DNA from: Eledone cirrhosa
Lineage: Eukaryota
DNA: 64,000 nt
NCBI GenBank assembly: GCA_964016885.1
Contig: OZ024742.1
Location: 346,332,001 to 346,396,000, forward strand
Direction of reading: 5' to 3'
Position 1 is the first letter of the stretch, and each line of letters opens with the position of its first letter. Shown piece after piece: positions 14,670 to 28,262 of this stretch. Both the position numbers and the translations under genes were made by a program. A model generated the notes under the pieces. It was not told the DNA's origin and did no database searches. It saw only the letters and a program-made list of their open reading frames with translations.

Positions 14670-15984
14670 TCTCTTTCTCTTAATTTCGAGTATATTTTTT
14701 TGACCGGCCACCTTCCTGGTGGCAAGGTTGTAAAAGAAAAGAAATTGTCATCCCTTGAATCGCAAGAATGTTTTGCAAATTTTGAAGGTGCCAGCTATCG
14801 CAGCCATTTGTAGACTATGAATTAGGGAGCTGCGCTCTTTGTCCGCAAACCAAGTTCAGTCATACTTTGGTCCAAACGGGTTGGTATATAACCCGTAGCT
14901 CCAATAATGATAGGTATCAAGCTAAAGGTGTATCTTGGATACTGGATTTGCAAACTCTTCATCAATGGTCCGTAGATGTCCTCCTTCTCCTGTATTTTTC
15001 TGACAACTTTTACATCAAGTAGGCAGCTGATCTCCACAACAGAACACGTTTTCAATGTGTGATCCCAAACAACAATATCAGGCCGGTTGTGCTTTAATTT
15101 GGTGGCAGTTTTTATTTTCAGGTTCCACCAGTATTCCTTAGTGCCATCTGTCTCAATATATTCTTCCTCGTTTGTTGTTAATTTTGTTTTCCGAAGTGCG
15201 TTCCAGATGGTTCTAGCTATCCCATCGTGTCTCATGGGAGGTAGTAGCGAGATGTCATTCTTTCGCAGCTGGCAACAATCTGGCTTACATACTCGATCTT
15301 TGTTTTACATAGCCTACATTTATTGTCAGTTGATGGCCCTCCCCTTTTGTGCAGCAGATATTTGGTAGGGATTCTTGTTCCTGTATTGCATAGAGATATC
15401 CCTCAAGGTGTGATGTCATAAACTTGTCGGAACTCCATGCCAGGTTTTTTGAGTGGTTTATCCCCTCTATGGTCTGTGTTTTACGTCTCAAGTATCCATG
15501 CACAACTTTTTCTGTAAATTGGTCAATTTTTCCATCTTGTTTGAACATTGAATAGGATCTTCCGATTTCTCTGGGTGAGAGATTTATATCAGGCTTTATT
15601 CCATATCTCTCCTCCAGATCAGTGGCTATTCTAATGATATTTTTTTTTTCATGCTCATAAACCTGGGCAAGATGGTTGCCAACCTTTTTCCTCTGTTGAA
15701 GGTGTTGCTTCAGTGTTACTATCCGGATCTCATATGATGTTAATATGGATTTTAGACCCCGGCCACCTTCCTTGCGTGAGAAGTATAGCCTATCCACATC
15801 ACCATTGATGTTAAAGTTCCCAGTAACACTGAGAAGTTTGCGAGTTCTAACATCCATCTCACTTAGTTCTTGCAATGACCAGTTCAGCAGGCCAAATGTT
15901 GGCGTTAGGATTGGCACTGCATAAGTATTGTGGCAATGTATTTGTTGTACGCTGACAGTTCTGATGACCATATTTTCTTTACTC

Positions 15985-15985
<1 letters not shown>
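14670..15985 (-). pseudogene. 3' part of an RLE non-LTR retrotransposon (R4/Dong-like), family A, frameshifted
   Basis: ORFs 15285-16115 and 14822-15235 show YFSRKEGGRGL, LYAIQEQ, MRHD, RPDIVVWD..VVEISC..KEDIY; both ends abut (TATG)n tracts. Confidence 0.88.
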
Positions 15986-16017
<32 letters not shown>

Positions 16018-16080
16018 TGCATGTATGTATGTAAGTATATATGTATGTATATATGTATATATGTATATTTGTATGTATGT

Positions 16081-17348
16081 TCTTCTGGCTTTATAATTTC
16101 ACAAATATTTGCCAATAGAGACAGAGTCGGTGTCTAACATAGATACAAGACTCTCTCATTGGAATTTACACATCAACTAGGTAGATTATGTATGCATGCA
16201 TGTGTAGATATGGATGTTATTGTATGTGTGGATGTGTATGTTTTGAGTTGTATGTGTGCATGTGCATATGTTTTGTATCTGTACATGTGTACATGCAGTT
16301 ATCAGATGCCAAATGTTTGGAATGTTTTACATATTTTTACTGTTCCATTAATGGATTGTACTTGTAATTGCCTAACTAGTCGTGTTCTTTCTGTTTCTGT
16401 GACGCCTAGATTCTCAAGATTTGTATTGAGGCAGTTACTAACATACCCCAGAGCTCCAATAATCACAGGCATAAATCTGAAGGTGTAATCAGGGTGGAGT
16501 ATCTGCAGATTTCTCATTAGTTCTGCATAAATATTCTCCTTTTCGCTAATCTTTGATATTATATTGGCATCTGCTGGGCAGCTAATTTCGACTACCGTGC
16601 ATGCCTTCTTCTCCCTGTGCCATATCATTATATTTAGTCTGGTGGATTGGCAGTATCCGTAGAGGGTCGGACGCCATGCTTTCTAGCATAGTTACGTCCC
16701 TTAACGATCTGAGTTCAAATCCCGCCGAGGTTGACTTTGCCTTTCATCCTTACGGGGTCGATAAAATAAAGTACTAGTAATGCACTGGGTAATTGCTGGC
16801 CTTGTGCCAAAAAGTAGAAACAATTATATTTAGTCTGTTATGCCTGCATTTTATTGGGGTTTTTACTAGAACATACCACCAGTACTCTTTCATATTATGT
16901 TTATGTATGTCTTCTACATTGCTGTAGATTTTAATGTGTTTATTATCGGGGCTATCTTTTCTACGGATTGCATTGTACAGTGTTTTGGCCACTACATCAT
17001 GCCTCATAGGTAGATAGTACCGCGATGATATCTTTGGATAGCTGCTTATGACATGGGTGACATCTTCGATGTTAAATCTGCAGAGTCTGTACTTGTTATC
17101 AGATCCAGATGCTTTGGCTGCATCCCTCTCTCTTTTGTGAATCAGGTATTTCGTGTTGATTTCCTGTTCTTGGATTGCAAAAGCGTATCCATCAAAGTGG
17201 GAGCCAATATTGCGGTTGTTGGTCCAAGATAGACTACTTTCTTTATCTATAATACTCTCACTCTGGAGCCTCCTGGCAACATATCCATGCATGAATTTTT
17301 GCTGATAAGCATGCAGTTTTTCACCCATCGATTCACTGCGATACTGCG
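16081..17348 (-). pseudogene. 3' part of an R4/Dong-like RLE non-LTR element, family B, split by a SINE
   Basis: ORFs 16774-17451 and 16302-16628 show AFAIQEQ, a zinc-knuckle remnant, MRHD, VVEISCP, KENIY, KICKTF; 3' UTR runs into (TACA)n. Confidence 0.88.
16641..16826 (+). mobile_element. SINE family 1 with a 15-bp target-site duplication
   Basis: ATTATATTTAGTCTG at 16627-16641 and 16823-16837; the paralog near 21590 has the uninterrupted site. Confidence 0.92.
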
Positions 17349-17608
17349 ATATGTATGAATGTATATATGTATGTATATTTAAAATTGACATCATTTCAAA
17401 GCTGAACTTCCGGTATATCGTTGCCACCACCACCACCACTTCAACTACCATATATATAGAAAGAGAGAGTGTGTGATGTCAACACATCCGGTGATGATTT
17501 TATTTGATGTATCATATCTACATGTATATATCCTTACGTATAATATCAATATACACACTAAACATGCTAGCAGAAAACCACCCACGCGAAGGGTGTTTTT
17601 TCTGCTAG

Positions 17609-19311
17609 TCTAAACTATAATAAAGCGAGGAGCGCGGGACTACCAACGGTTTATAATTCTTTATCCCATTAGTAAAATAAGTTGGATTACTTTGAATAAA
17701 TAATGAATGAATATTACATAATTTATCTACTAAATTTCGTGGCTGTTGATTAAATATGTTTTGTTTATTTAAAGATTCACTTCTTTAAAATTTCTGAAAT
17801 ATCAACACTTCCGGTTGGCGATCGCCTAACTAAACACTAATTTTCTGTCTCTAATTTTCCCCTAATGCAGTTTATATTTAATATCGTCTTTTTTAATGTA
17901 TCATGGACTAGCAGTAAAGCCCGGCGTTGCTCGGGGTCGCTCAGTAGCTGTGTTAAAGTTACAATGTTAAGTTTCTTTTTTGGCTTAAAAACTGTAGTGT
18001 CTACTGTGCAGACTTGCATGTGGTGTTTTTGATTAATATTCCCTCAACCAACAATATGCCTTATGAAGTTAAGAAAACATAACGATAACCCGAATTAAAG
18101 TAAATTCAGCCTTATAAGACCGTAAAATTAATTTAAACGTTTAATAGGGAAAGTTTGCTAACCGTCGTAATAAAAAAATAAATATCAATAACTTACGAAG
18201 TAATCGCCGAACTTTTAAAGCGTTGTAGCATACAAAGGCAGTACAGTGCAAATGAAGCTATTAAACAAACTGGAGATTCCAATTCACTCTACTAAAGATT
18301 TACTTAATCGTCTGCACATTCGCTAATCGTCTGCTCATTCCATAAAAGGGAAATAATCGCCTATATCACCTCTCTGCATGACTGTCTGTCTGCACGCCTA
18401 TATCACCTCTCTGCATGACTGTCTGTCTGCACGCCTATATCACCTCTCTGCACGACTGTCTGTCTGCACGCGTATATCACCTCTCTGCACGACTGTCTGT
18501 CTGCACGACTGTCTGTCTGCACGACTGTCTGTCTGCACAACTGTCTGTCTGCACGCCTAACGAAATTTACAGATACATATATTTTAAATAAACTTATATA
18601 ATTTTTGCTTTTTTTTACGAAATATTTGCTTGTTTTACGTAGTCTTTAAATAGACTTGTTTTCAAGTAAAAATATTGTTTTAAAAGGCTTTTAAATGGAA
18701 ATGAAGCAAAACGGAAGCTTAGTGTTCGAACTGATGAATTTTGCAGGTCAAAATTTTGCTGGCTCGACAACTGTTCGTGTATTGTGTTAATGTCATTTTA
18801 AACGCTGAGAAAGCCAGCGTAATTTTTTTAATTTTTGCCAGCGTAATTTTTTTAATTTTTGCACGCAGAAAATGTAAAGAGAACGTAAGACGCTACGCTG
18901 AATGTAAACAGAACAAAGGGAAATAACTCATCACTTACGCTCAAAAATCGATACATTATATTCGATTTCGTCAGATAGGGCGGGTCAATTTGAAATATTT
19001 TTTTTCCGATGTCTTCGCTAGGGCTCAATGTACAAGTATAGCAATTTCGGTGCAATTCCGTGAGAGATTCTAAGAGGAGATGTGTGCCAAAAATCGATAG
19101 ACAGACAGACAACCTCAGTTTTATATATATAGATTACGTTACTGATTACATAAGACAGTGTAACACAGTCTTCGTTTAATTACTGTGGATATCGTCAATT
19201 ACAATTTTATTTGATGTATCATATCTACATGTATATATACTTGCGTATAATATCAATATGCACACTACACATGCCAGCAGAAAACCACACGAAGGGTGGT
19301 TTTTCTGCTAA
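17609..19311 (+). mobile_element. Helitron family H1 copy hosting a nested Helitron; preceded by the 3' part of another H1 copy (about 17380-17608)
   Basis: CTAG|TCTAAAC junction at 17608/17609; same terminal hairpin, with the end mutated to CTAA at 19308-19311. Confidence 0.75.
17908..19133 (-). mobile_element. Non-autonomous Helitron H2 nested in H1
   Basis: Minus strand starts TCTATATATATAAAA..gtctgtctgtc and ends with hairpin ccgagcaacgccgg plus CTAG; inserted between A and T of catgga|ttacg with no TSD (empty site at about 14122-14132); internal minisatellite at 18357-18558. Confidence 0.9.
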
Positions 19312-19907
19312 TTGCGTTAATAATTGAAAATATATATGTATACTTTTTTTTTATTGAAATTTTCCAAATATCAAAACATCAGTAGACGCCGGAAAAATAA
19401 CATTGAAAAATAAAATCGAAGAATAAAATCACGTGACGTCTGCGGAATATCAGGTAAAAATAACGTTTTTAATGTTATTTTTGTTTTGTGTTATTATTTT
19501 TGGCGACGTTTTTTGTTTGTTGATTCTTGTTTGGTCTTTTTAAAGTTTTGTAAAATTTTAGTTTCGTATATTCTTCTCAGCTATTAGTGTTATGAGCTAT
19601 CGTCTGCTTTGAAATAAAGTTACTTTGTAGGCTAAATAGGTTTCTGTGTATATAGGTTTGATTGTTTGTTTGTATGTATATATGTATATATGTGTGTATG
19701 TATGTATATATGTAAAAAGTCACACTCGTTCAGCGCATCGGTAGGAGTTCTCCTACATGGATATAAAGTAGTGGCCGCACTCGAAAACGAGTTGGCAGCC
19801 ACCATGTATGTATGTATATGTGCATGTATGTATATATGTATAGATGTATGTATGTATGTATGTATGTATGTATGTATGTATGTATGTAGGTAGGTATATA
19901 TGTATAT

Positions 19908-20372
19908 AAAACCCGTCAAAGGGTAAAGGAGCTCTTAAGAGTCAATGGCCATCCAAAATCACCGGGAGAGATGACCCCTTAGCCTTTGTCAAGGCGAATT
20001 CTAGGAGAAGGAAAACTCTGATATAACACCTGCAACCCTGATGGTATCCAATGATGTTGACTTGTTCTTCTTTTTGGTAAATATCATCTTGGTTAAGAGA
20101 GTGGGACTGGCTTTGTGCAGTGCCTTTGCTCACTATAAAAGCTTCACGGCACAGGCATTGCTTTATATCTGGAGATCTCTCTACACTTGTCGTCACATGG
20201 TACCAGGGGCCCAGCACTATGTGTCAATAATTGTCAGAAGTGTAGTGTTTGTACCAGAGTTTTCAAGTCGCTGGCTGGACTAAAATGTCACTCGTTCAGC
20301 GCATCGGTAGGGGTTCTCCTACATGGATATAAAGTAGTGGCCGTACTTGAAAACGAGTTGGCAGCCACCATG
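19908..20372 (+). mobile_element. 5' fragment of a non-LTR element with a C2H2 zinc finger (extra pieces at about 19714-19805 and 20506-20568)
   Basis: Encodes CSVCTRVFKSLAGLK, completed as KSHTRSAH in paralogs; inverted paralog of the 33668-35473 units; flanked by (TATG)n. Confidence 0.65.
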
Positions 20373-20913
20373 TATATATGTATGTATGTATATGTGCATG
20401 TATGCATATATGTATAGATTTATGTATATGTATGTATGTATGTATATATGTATGTATTTTTGTATGTATATATGTATGTATGTATAGATGTATAGATGTA
20501 TATATAGGGGTTCTCCTACATGGATATAAAGTAGTGGCCGTACTCGAAAACGAGTTGGCAGCCACCATAGATGTATGTATGTATAGATGTATGTATAGAT
20601 GTTTATATGTATATACGTCTGCATGTATGTACGTATGTATATATGTATATATGTATATATGTATGTATGTATATATGTGTATTTTTATGTATATATGGAT
20701 GTATGTATATATATATATATATGGATATATGTATGTATGTATATATGTATATATATGTAAGTATATATGTATGTATGTATATTTGTATGTATGTATAGAT
20801 GTACGTGTGTATGTATATACGTATGCATGTATGTACGTATGTATATATGTATATATGTATATATGTATGTATATATGTGTATTTGTATGTATATATGTAT
20901 GTATGTATATATC

Positions 20914-21000
<87 letters not shown>

Positions 21001-21040
21001 CTATGTATATATCTATGTATATATGTGTATTTGTACGTAT

Positions 21041-22107
21041 GTTCTTCTGGCTTTATAATTTCACAAATATTTGCCAATATAGAGAGTCGGTTTCTAACAT
21101 GGATACAAGACTCTCTCATTGGAATTTACACAACATCAACTAGGTAGATTATGTATGCATGCATGTGTAGATATGGATGTTATTGTTTGTGTGGATGTGG
21201 ATGTTTTGAGTTGTATGTGTGCATGTGCATATGTTTTGTGTCTGTACATGTGTACATGCTGTTATCAGATGCCAAATGTTTGGAATGTTTTACATATTTT
21301 TACTGTTCCATTAATGGATTGTACTTGTAATTGCCTAACTAGTTGTGTTCTTTCTGTTTCTGTGAAGCCTAGATTCTCAAGATTTGTATTGAGGCAGTTA
21401 CTAACATACCCCAGTACTCCAATAATCACAGGTATAAATCTGAAGGTGTAATCAGGGTGGTGTATCTGCAGATTTCTCATTAGTTCTGCATAAATATTCT
21501 CCTTTTCACTAATCTTTGATATTATATTGGCATCTGCTGAGCAGCTAATTTCGACTACTGTGCATGACTTCTTTTCCCTGTCCCATATCATTATATTTAG
21601 TCTGTTATGCCTGCATTTTATTGGGGTTTTTACTAGAACATACCACCAGTACTTTTTCATATTATGTATATGTATGTCTTCCACTTGGCTGTAGCTTTTA
21701 ATGTGTTTATTATCTTTTCTACGGATTGCATTGTACAGTGTTTTGGCCACTGCATCATGCCTCATTGGTAGATAATACCGCGATGACATCTTTGGACAGC
21801 TGCTTATGACATGGGTGACATCTTCGATGTTAAATCTGCAGAGTCTGTACTTGTTATCAGATCCAGATGTTTTGCCTGCATCCCTAGCTCTTTTGTGAAT
21901 CAGGTATTTCGTGTTGATTTCCTGTTCTTGGATGGCAAAAGCGTCTCCTTCAAAGTGGGAGCCAATATAGCGGTTGTTGGTCCAAGATAGACTACTTTCC
22001 TTATACACATTACTCTCACTCTGCAGCCTCCTGGCAACATATCCATGCATGATTTTTTGCTGATAAGCATGCAGTTTTTTATCCATCGATTCGCTGCGAT
22101 ACTGCGT
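21041..22107 (-). pseudogene. R4/Dong-like family B 3' fragment (273-aa ORF, zinc knuckle plus RLE domain)
   Basis: ORF 21265-22086; first knuckle Cys mutated to Tyr and PD mutated to LN; same 5' truncation point as the 16-17 kb copy. Confidence 0.9.
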
Positions 22108-22307
22108 TATGTATGTATATATGTATGTATATATGTATGTATGTATATATGTTTATATGTATATGTGTATGTATGTATATATGCATATATGTATATGTGT
22201 ATATATGTATGTATATATGTATATATGTATATATACATATGTATGTATGATATATATGTATCTATGTATCTATGTATATATGTATATATTTATAAATGTA
22301 AGTATAT

Positions 22308-22925
22308 GTTCTTCTGGTTTTATAATTTCACAAAGTTTTACCAATAGAGAGAGAGTCGGTGTCTAACATAGACACAAGACTCTCTCATTGGAATTTACAC
22401 AACATCAACTAGGTAGATATGTATGTATGCATGTGTAGATATGGATGTTATTGTATGTGTGGATGTGTATGTATTGAGTTGTATGTGTGCATGTGTATAT
22501 GCTTTGCATCTGTACATGTGTATATGCAGTTATTAGATGCAATATTTTTGGAATGTTTTACATATTTTTACTGTTCCATTAATGGATTGTACTTGTAATT
22601 TCCTAACTAGTTGTGTTCTTTCTGTTTCTGTGAAGCCTAGATTCTCAAGATTTGTATTGAGGCAGTTACTAACATACCCCAGTGCGCCAATAATCACAGG
22701 CATAAATCTGAAGGTGTAATCAGGGTGGAGTATCTGCAGATTTCACATTAGTTCTGCATAAATATTCTCCTTTTCACTAATCTTTGATATTATATTGGCA
22801 TCTGCTGAGCAGCTAATTTCCACTACTGTGCATGCTTTCTTCTCCCTGTCCCATATCATAATATCTGGTCTGTTATGCCTGCATTTTATACACATTACTC
22901 TCACTCTGCAGCCTCCTGGCAACAT
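22308..22925 (-). pseudogene. R4/Dong-like family B 3' fragment with an internal deletion
   Basis: Retains RPDIMIWD..VVEISC; junction near 22888 joins sequences that lie about 380 bp apart in the 21-22 kb copy. Confidence 0.85.
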
Positions 22926-23797
22926 GACGTCCGACCCTCTACCGATACTGCCAATCCCCACCCTTTTTAATAGATAATAATGTTTAAATGAAAGAAAGAA
23001 CAAAATGTAAAGAAGAAAACGAAATAAAAAGAATGAAGGAACAAAGGAAAGTGAAGGAATGACAGGTCCACACCCCAATCTGAGTGGTGATTCGGCCATG
23101 TGACACAGACAGAACTGCCTTATTTGTTCTTCCTCCTTATATTCACATCTAATCAACTTTACCTTTCATCTCTCCGGGGGAGATAAAATAAAGCACCATT
23201 AACGTACTGGTGTCGATTTAATCGACTTTCCCCTTCCCTAAATTACTGGCATTATGCCTATACTAGAAATCATTATTTACCGTTGATAAGGGCGGTGATT
23301 CAAACAACTTTGCCCTCCCGTCAAATTTGCTGGCCTTGTGCCTAAATTAGAAAACAATATTAGTTATGTGTTTTTGTGCAAGCCTAGACAAGGTATTTTG
23401 TGGAAGACAGTTGTTTTCCTGCTTACCATTCTCCCATCTTGACACCATCAATGGAGTCGAAGAGAAAGGCAAAGACTGAAATAGCTTGGCACTGGAGCCA
23501 TCAGAGGCGAATGACTCCCTCTTAGATAAGAAGGCAGTTCGTCGCAAAATTAACCCCCAGCTGTTACTGGTGGTGGTATGTTTTTATCCAGCTGTGAACT
23601 GGATCAACGTGAAACTGTCTTGTGGAAAGGAATCAAACAGACGTCCTTACGATCGTGAAACCAACAGACTAACCACTAGACCTCGAAACTTCACAAAGAT
23701 ATTTACAGTGCTTATCTTTACTAAACAGTCAACATTCTAACTACTAACTAGGCTCCACGTTGGTGTGTAAACGAGAACCAGTGTTATGCATGTGTAG

Positions 23798-23940
23798 TGA
23801 AGGCGCACGGCTTAGTGATTAGAGGATTGGGCTTGCAATCGAAAGGTTGTGAGTTCAATTCTCGGACCGGGTGATGTGTTGTTTCCTTGAGCAAGACACT
23901 TTATTTCACGTTGCTCCAGTTTACTCAGCTGTGGAAATGA
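23798..23940 (+). mobile_element. tRNA-derived SINE, family 2
   Basis: gaaggcgcacggcttagtg (A box), gagttcaattc (B box), ccttgagcaagacact; related copies at about 26742-26870 (+), 27870-28146 (-), 36279-36640 (+), 59420-59540 (-) and 23370-23680 (-). Confidence 0.8.
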
Positions 23941-24306
23941 GATGATAGGACTGTGGTCCCTATCATTAAATCACCCAAGACACCTCCAACGCGATATACC
24001 TTGGAGGAGGCCAGCTAAACCTGCACAGGTGTAAGCTGTCACACACACACATGTGTCTGGATGTGAATGTTTGTGTACGCATGCGTGTCTGTAATGTATA
24101 CTACCATACATTCTACCCACCCAGCATTCTATTCGAAATTCTACCCAACATTCTATCCGCTATTCTACTAATAATCTACTCAATATTCCCTACGAACCCA
24201 CCACGAGTTAGGGTTCAACATGAAATGGACCTGTTATTTTTATCTAAAGTCATTTTTTCCAATTCCAACCCGCCCATCCCCTCAATCTATCTTATTTATC
24301 ATTCTT

Positions 24307-24342
24307 TCTTCTGATGAAGGACTAGCATCTGAAACGTTAAGA
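24307..24342 (+). ncRNA. Minimal type I hammerhead ribozyme motif
   Basis: TCTT-CTGATGA-A-GGA ctagca TCT-GAAA-CG-TT-AAGA; stem I tctt/aaga; loopless palindromic stem III (AACGTT), which would require dimerisation. Confidence 0.7.
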
Positions 24343-24429
24343 CCCTCTTCCTGCTATATCAAGCGTTAACCTAATATATCCCTTCCATATACTGTACCGA
24401 TTGTGTTGTTATTTCTGTTTAACTTTTAT

Positions 24430-24462
<33 letters not shown>

Positions 24463-24616
24463 GTTAGGGAAGCAGAAAATTGCTTATTGTAATCCAGAAG
24501 CAGAAAATTGTTTATTTTAATGCTTACCTGTTTTAATGCTTACTCTTTTATATATATATATATACAATAAATCCTCCACCCGAGTGAGCCTACAGTAACT
24601 CCGCGTTACATTCCCT

Positions 24617-24795
<179 letters not shown>

Positions 24796-24806
24796 TAACA
24801 GATTAA

Positions 24807-24857
24807 AGTTTAAGCAAAGAATCGCTGCTTTCACCCTTAAGGGGATCTTCTGAAACT
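24807..24857 (-). ncRNA. Hammerhead-like motif with variant core CAGAAGA
   Basis: Minus strand: AGTTT-CAGAAGA-tCCC cttaa GGGt-GAAA-GCAG cgattct TTGC-TT-AAACT; all three stems pair. Confidence 0.55.
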
Positions 24858-24943
24858 AACTTATCGGTTGGAAATTCACTGGATAGTCAACCGATAAGGT
24901 ATGATTTTCATGGGTATGTCTCTATTTATAAAACAAACTTTGT

Positions 24944-25006
24944 ATTTTATCTGATGAAAGCGTACCAATGTTGTCTTGGTTACCCTTGAAATATATATAA
25001 TGAAAT
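24944..25006 (+). ncRNA. Type I hammerhead ribozyme motif
   Basis: ATTTTAT-CTGATGA-aagcgtaccaa..ttggttaccctt-GAAA-TATATA-TA-ATGAAAT; 7-bp stem I, palindromic stem III. Confidence 0.78.
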
Positions 25007-25069
25007 AAATATGGTTTTATAAATATAGTTTCCATTTATTTAATATAATTGAATATTTACTCCAGTAAT

Positions 25070-25141
25070 TTGTTGAGTGCTCTAAATCAGTTATAAAAAT
25101 TTATGTTTGTCGGATTTCCAACAAATTAAATACAAATTCTA

Positions 25142-25207
<66 letters not shown>

Positions 25208-25273
25208 TAGAATTTGTATTTAATTTGTTGGAAATCCGACAAACATAAATTTTTATAACTGATTTAGAGCACT

Positions 25274-25279
<6 letters not shown>
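25070..25279. repeat. Inverted repeat (about 75-bp unique arms) centred on (AT)n
   Basis: ttgttgagtgctctaaatc...attctactta (AT)n taagtagaat...gatttagagcactcaacaa. Confidence 0.93.
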
Positions 25280-25342
<63 letters not shown>

Positions 25343-25457
25343 GGCTTCTACGAGAAGAGACCATTTTTATATTAAACATTATGTTTACACTCTACTAATG
25401 TATTGAGTACCTTACTTACTGTGGTTACCTTCGATTAAACCCGGGACTCACATACAC

Positions 25458-25531
<74 letters not shown>

Positions 25532-26357
25532 GAGCCGCAGAAACCCAAATGCTGGAATTTACCGTCTTTCCAGGGGGTCCGGGTAAATTTTTCATTCATA
25601 TATATTTTTATTTGTCTGACCCGAATTTTCTTGGTCGTATTTTTGGCTGTGCGAATGATTGTTTAAGCATCGTCTCAGTGTGTTAGTATTAAACGTTAGT
25701 TATGGCTCTGGTTTATCCGAACTATTGAGCACTTTGCCATATATTTCGAAGATTGTGTTTCGTTATTTCGTGGGCCGAAGTTCCGATTCTCGATAATTTA
25801 TTTATATATGTATATATACATATTCCTCTCCACAGTGATTGTATGTGTTGCATGCATGTATATGAACTTTACTAGACATATACTTAGTTGTGCAAATACC
25901 ACCCCTCTATTTATTTCTTTATCCGTGTTCAGGTAATACTGGCGACTAATTTGGACTACATCCATCCTTATGTCGCCAGTACACGGGTCATATTCTTTTC
26001 AGCACGCCGCTTTGACGAACGCCGTTAAGGGTAGCCTCGACAGGGTTGGTTTCCCCGTCACAACTGAGACGTTTCGGCCTCAATTTCGGTGACACTATAC
26101 ACCCAGACGAATAGCCCTTTTTCCCGTTTGCGGTGAGTAAGACATTCATCATGGACGCCACAAATTGTGGAATATTTCTGATGCTAACCTTATGACATCG
26201 ATCGTAAGACTGTTTGCCGTCGCCAGCAAAGCTTAAGATGGAAAATTCAAAGAGTTTGTGAGTTGGAGGAAGACGGTCATTGGAATGGTGCACTATATTT
26301 TATTTAAGTTTTGCTTACATTATATCACACTTATCTACCGATACTGCCAATCCACAT

Positions 26358-26548
26358 GGCGGTGGATTGGCAGTATCGGTAGAGGTTCTGACGCCATGCT
26401 TTATAGCAAAGAGTTACAGCCCTTTATCGCCTGAGTTCAAATCCCGCCGAAGTTAACTTTGCCTTTCATCCTTACGGGGTCGATAAAATAAAGTACCAGT
26501 AATGCCCTGGAATAATTGCTGGCCTTGTGCCAAAAGTAGAAACAATTA
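26358..26548 (+). mobile_element. SINE family 1, near full length
   Basis: Same head, body and tail as the 12690 and 16641 copies; preceded by a short inverted copy of its own 5' end (about 26334-26355). Confidence 0.87.
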
Positions 26549-28262
26549 TATTATATCACACATATAAAACAATTATAGAAGGTCCGAGACCCACAGTAAT
26601 TGACTCAAGGAGCCACCTATTGCAAACCCCTGCTATCGCTTAAAAATAGGGATCTTCAACTAATTCCTTCAGTCGAGTTAAATTTAGCTTTTGTTTTAGA
26701 GGATTTATTTTGAAGGTAAGGATGGGCACTTTTGTTTATTGTGCACGTGGCTGAGTGGTTAGGATATTGGCGCTCACGATCATAAGGTGGTGAGTTCAAT
26801 TTCTGAACCGAGCGGTGACTTATGTTCTTCAGCAAAATACTTTATTTCACTTTACTCCTTCTGCCAGGAGTTGCGACCGACACTTACTATTACCATTGGA
26901 AAATCCAATGGTGACATTGTTAATTAGTTAGAAATAGTATTACCATTGGAAAATCCAATGGAAACATTTTTTACTTGGTCTGATATAACGCTCAGCGTCT
27001 TTTCTTGAGCAGATTTATAAAACGAGGATGGAAAGAAAGAAAATAACTTCATGAGAGAAAGAGTAAGACATTGCCAGAATTTAGGTTATATCGCAAGTAA
27101 GATCGGATACTAATTAAAACCGTTAATCGAAAACTATTTCCACTGAGAGTATTACCAGACAATCTTATACATATTCTTTAACTTAGTTGAAATTCTTATT
27201 TAACTTTTAACATCCTGTACCACATGAAAGCGCATTAACAGGACATTCTGGCAAAGTACTGAACAGCAATATGAAGGTTTTTTTAGACATTTTCAGCTGG
27301 ATCATTCATTATAAGGTGTTAAAAGTTGATATTTATTTATTTATTTGCGTTCCAGCCGAGGGGCTGAGGCCATGCAGGGACACCACCACTGATACTACAT
27401 TTTCTATAGCCAGCCTTCTCTGGTTGACCATTTATGCAAAAGGGAGTTTCTGGTTGCTGCTCTTATTTGTGCTTCGCATCGTGTTGTGGGTTAATACGGG
27501 ATCTTGGTCAGTGGAATGTGGAGATGTCTCTTGAAAACATCTATATGCACACCATGTAGATCTCTCAGATTTTTTGGCAGCTTATTAAACCCAGGCTATT
27601 GGCAGCTTATTAAACCCCAGGCTATTGCAGCATGTGGTCCTTATTCTCGATGCGACTGATTGGACCATGGAACCTTTGGCACAACACAGTGACGTCCTGC
27701 TTGTGGGCTGGTCCTGCGAATGTTCACAGTGATATTTAAAAATAGTTTAAACATTTATTACTATAAATATTTCAATTAATAACCATATGTGAGCAAAATT
27801 ATTTCACAGCATTACATTAAAAAACAAAGTCTTTCTTAAAATGCTGCAAATTTTCACACTAATCTGCTAAAGTCTTAAGCCAGAGGGGTCATTAGACCAG
27901 TGCTTATCCCGGTTTCATGTCGTAAAGCGACTGAGAGTACAAGATTCCCCCTTGGACCGGACGCCAGTCCATCGCAGGGTTAAACCCCCAATTGTTACTG
28001 GTACTCATTTTCAGCTGAGTATAATTGAAGCAAAGTGAAATGAAGCGATTTTCTCAAGAACACAGCACACAACCCAGCCCAGGAATCGAACCCACTACAT
28101 TATGATCGTAACTCTAACACCCCTACCACTAGGCCACGCGCCTCCACACACTAATCTGTTGACTAGTAGAAATAGTATAAACATTTGAATCGCCAAACTT
28201 GTTTTTAAATGGAAAAAATGAAACGAAATTTCATTTCTCACTCTTAGTACGGCTGTTGCTTA

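Noticed and set aside
18731-18760. CTGATGA followed by a hairpin
   Set aside because: No GAAA box, stem III or stem I partner follows.
23798-23870. SINE heads as tRNA genes
   Set aside because: A and B boxes are present but there is no complete cloverleaf, and they continue into SINE bodies.
26060-26090. Minus-strand GGCC-GAAA-CG-TC hammerhead-like 3' half
   Set aside because: No recognisable CUGANGA box or stem I 5' strand.
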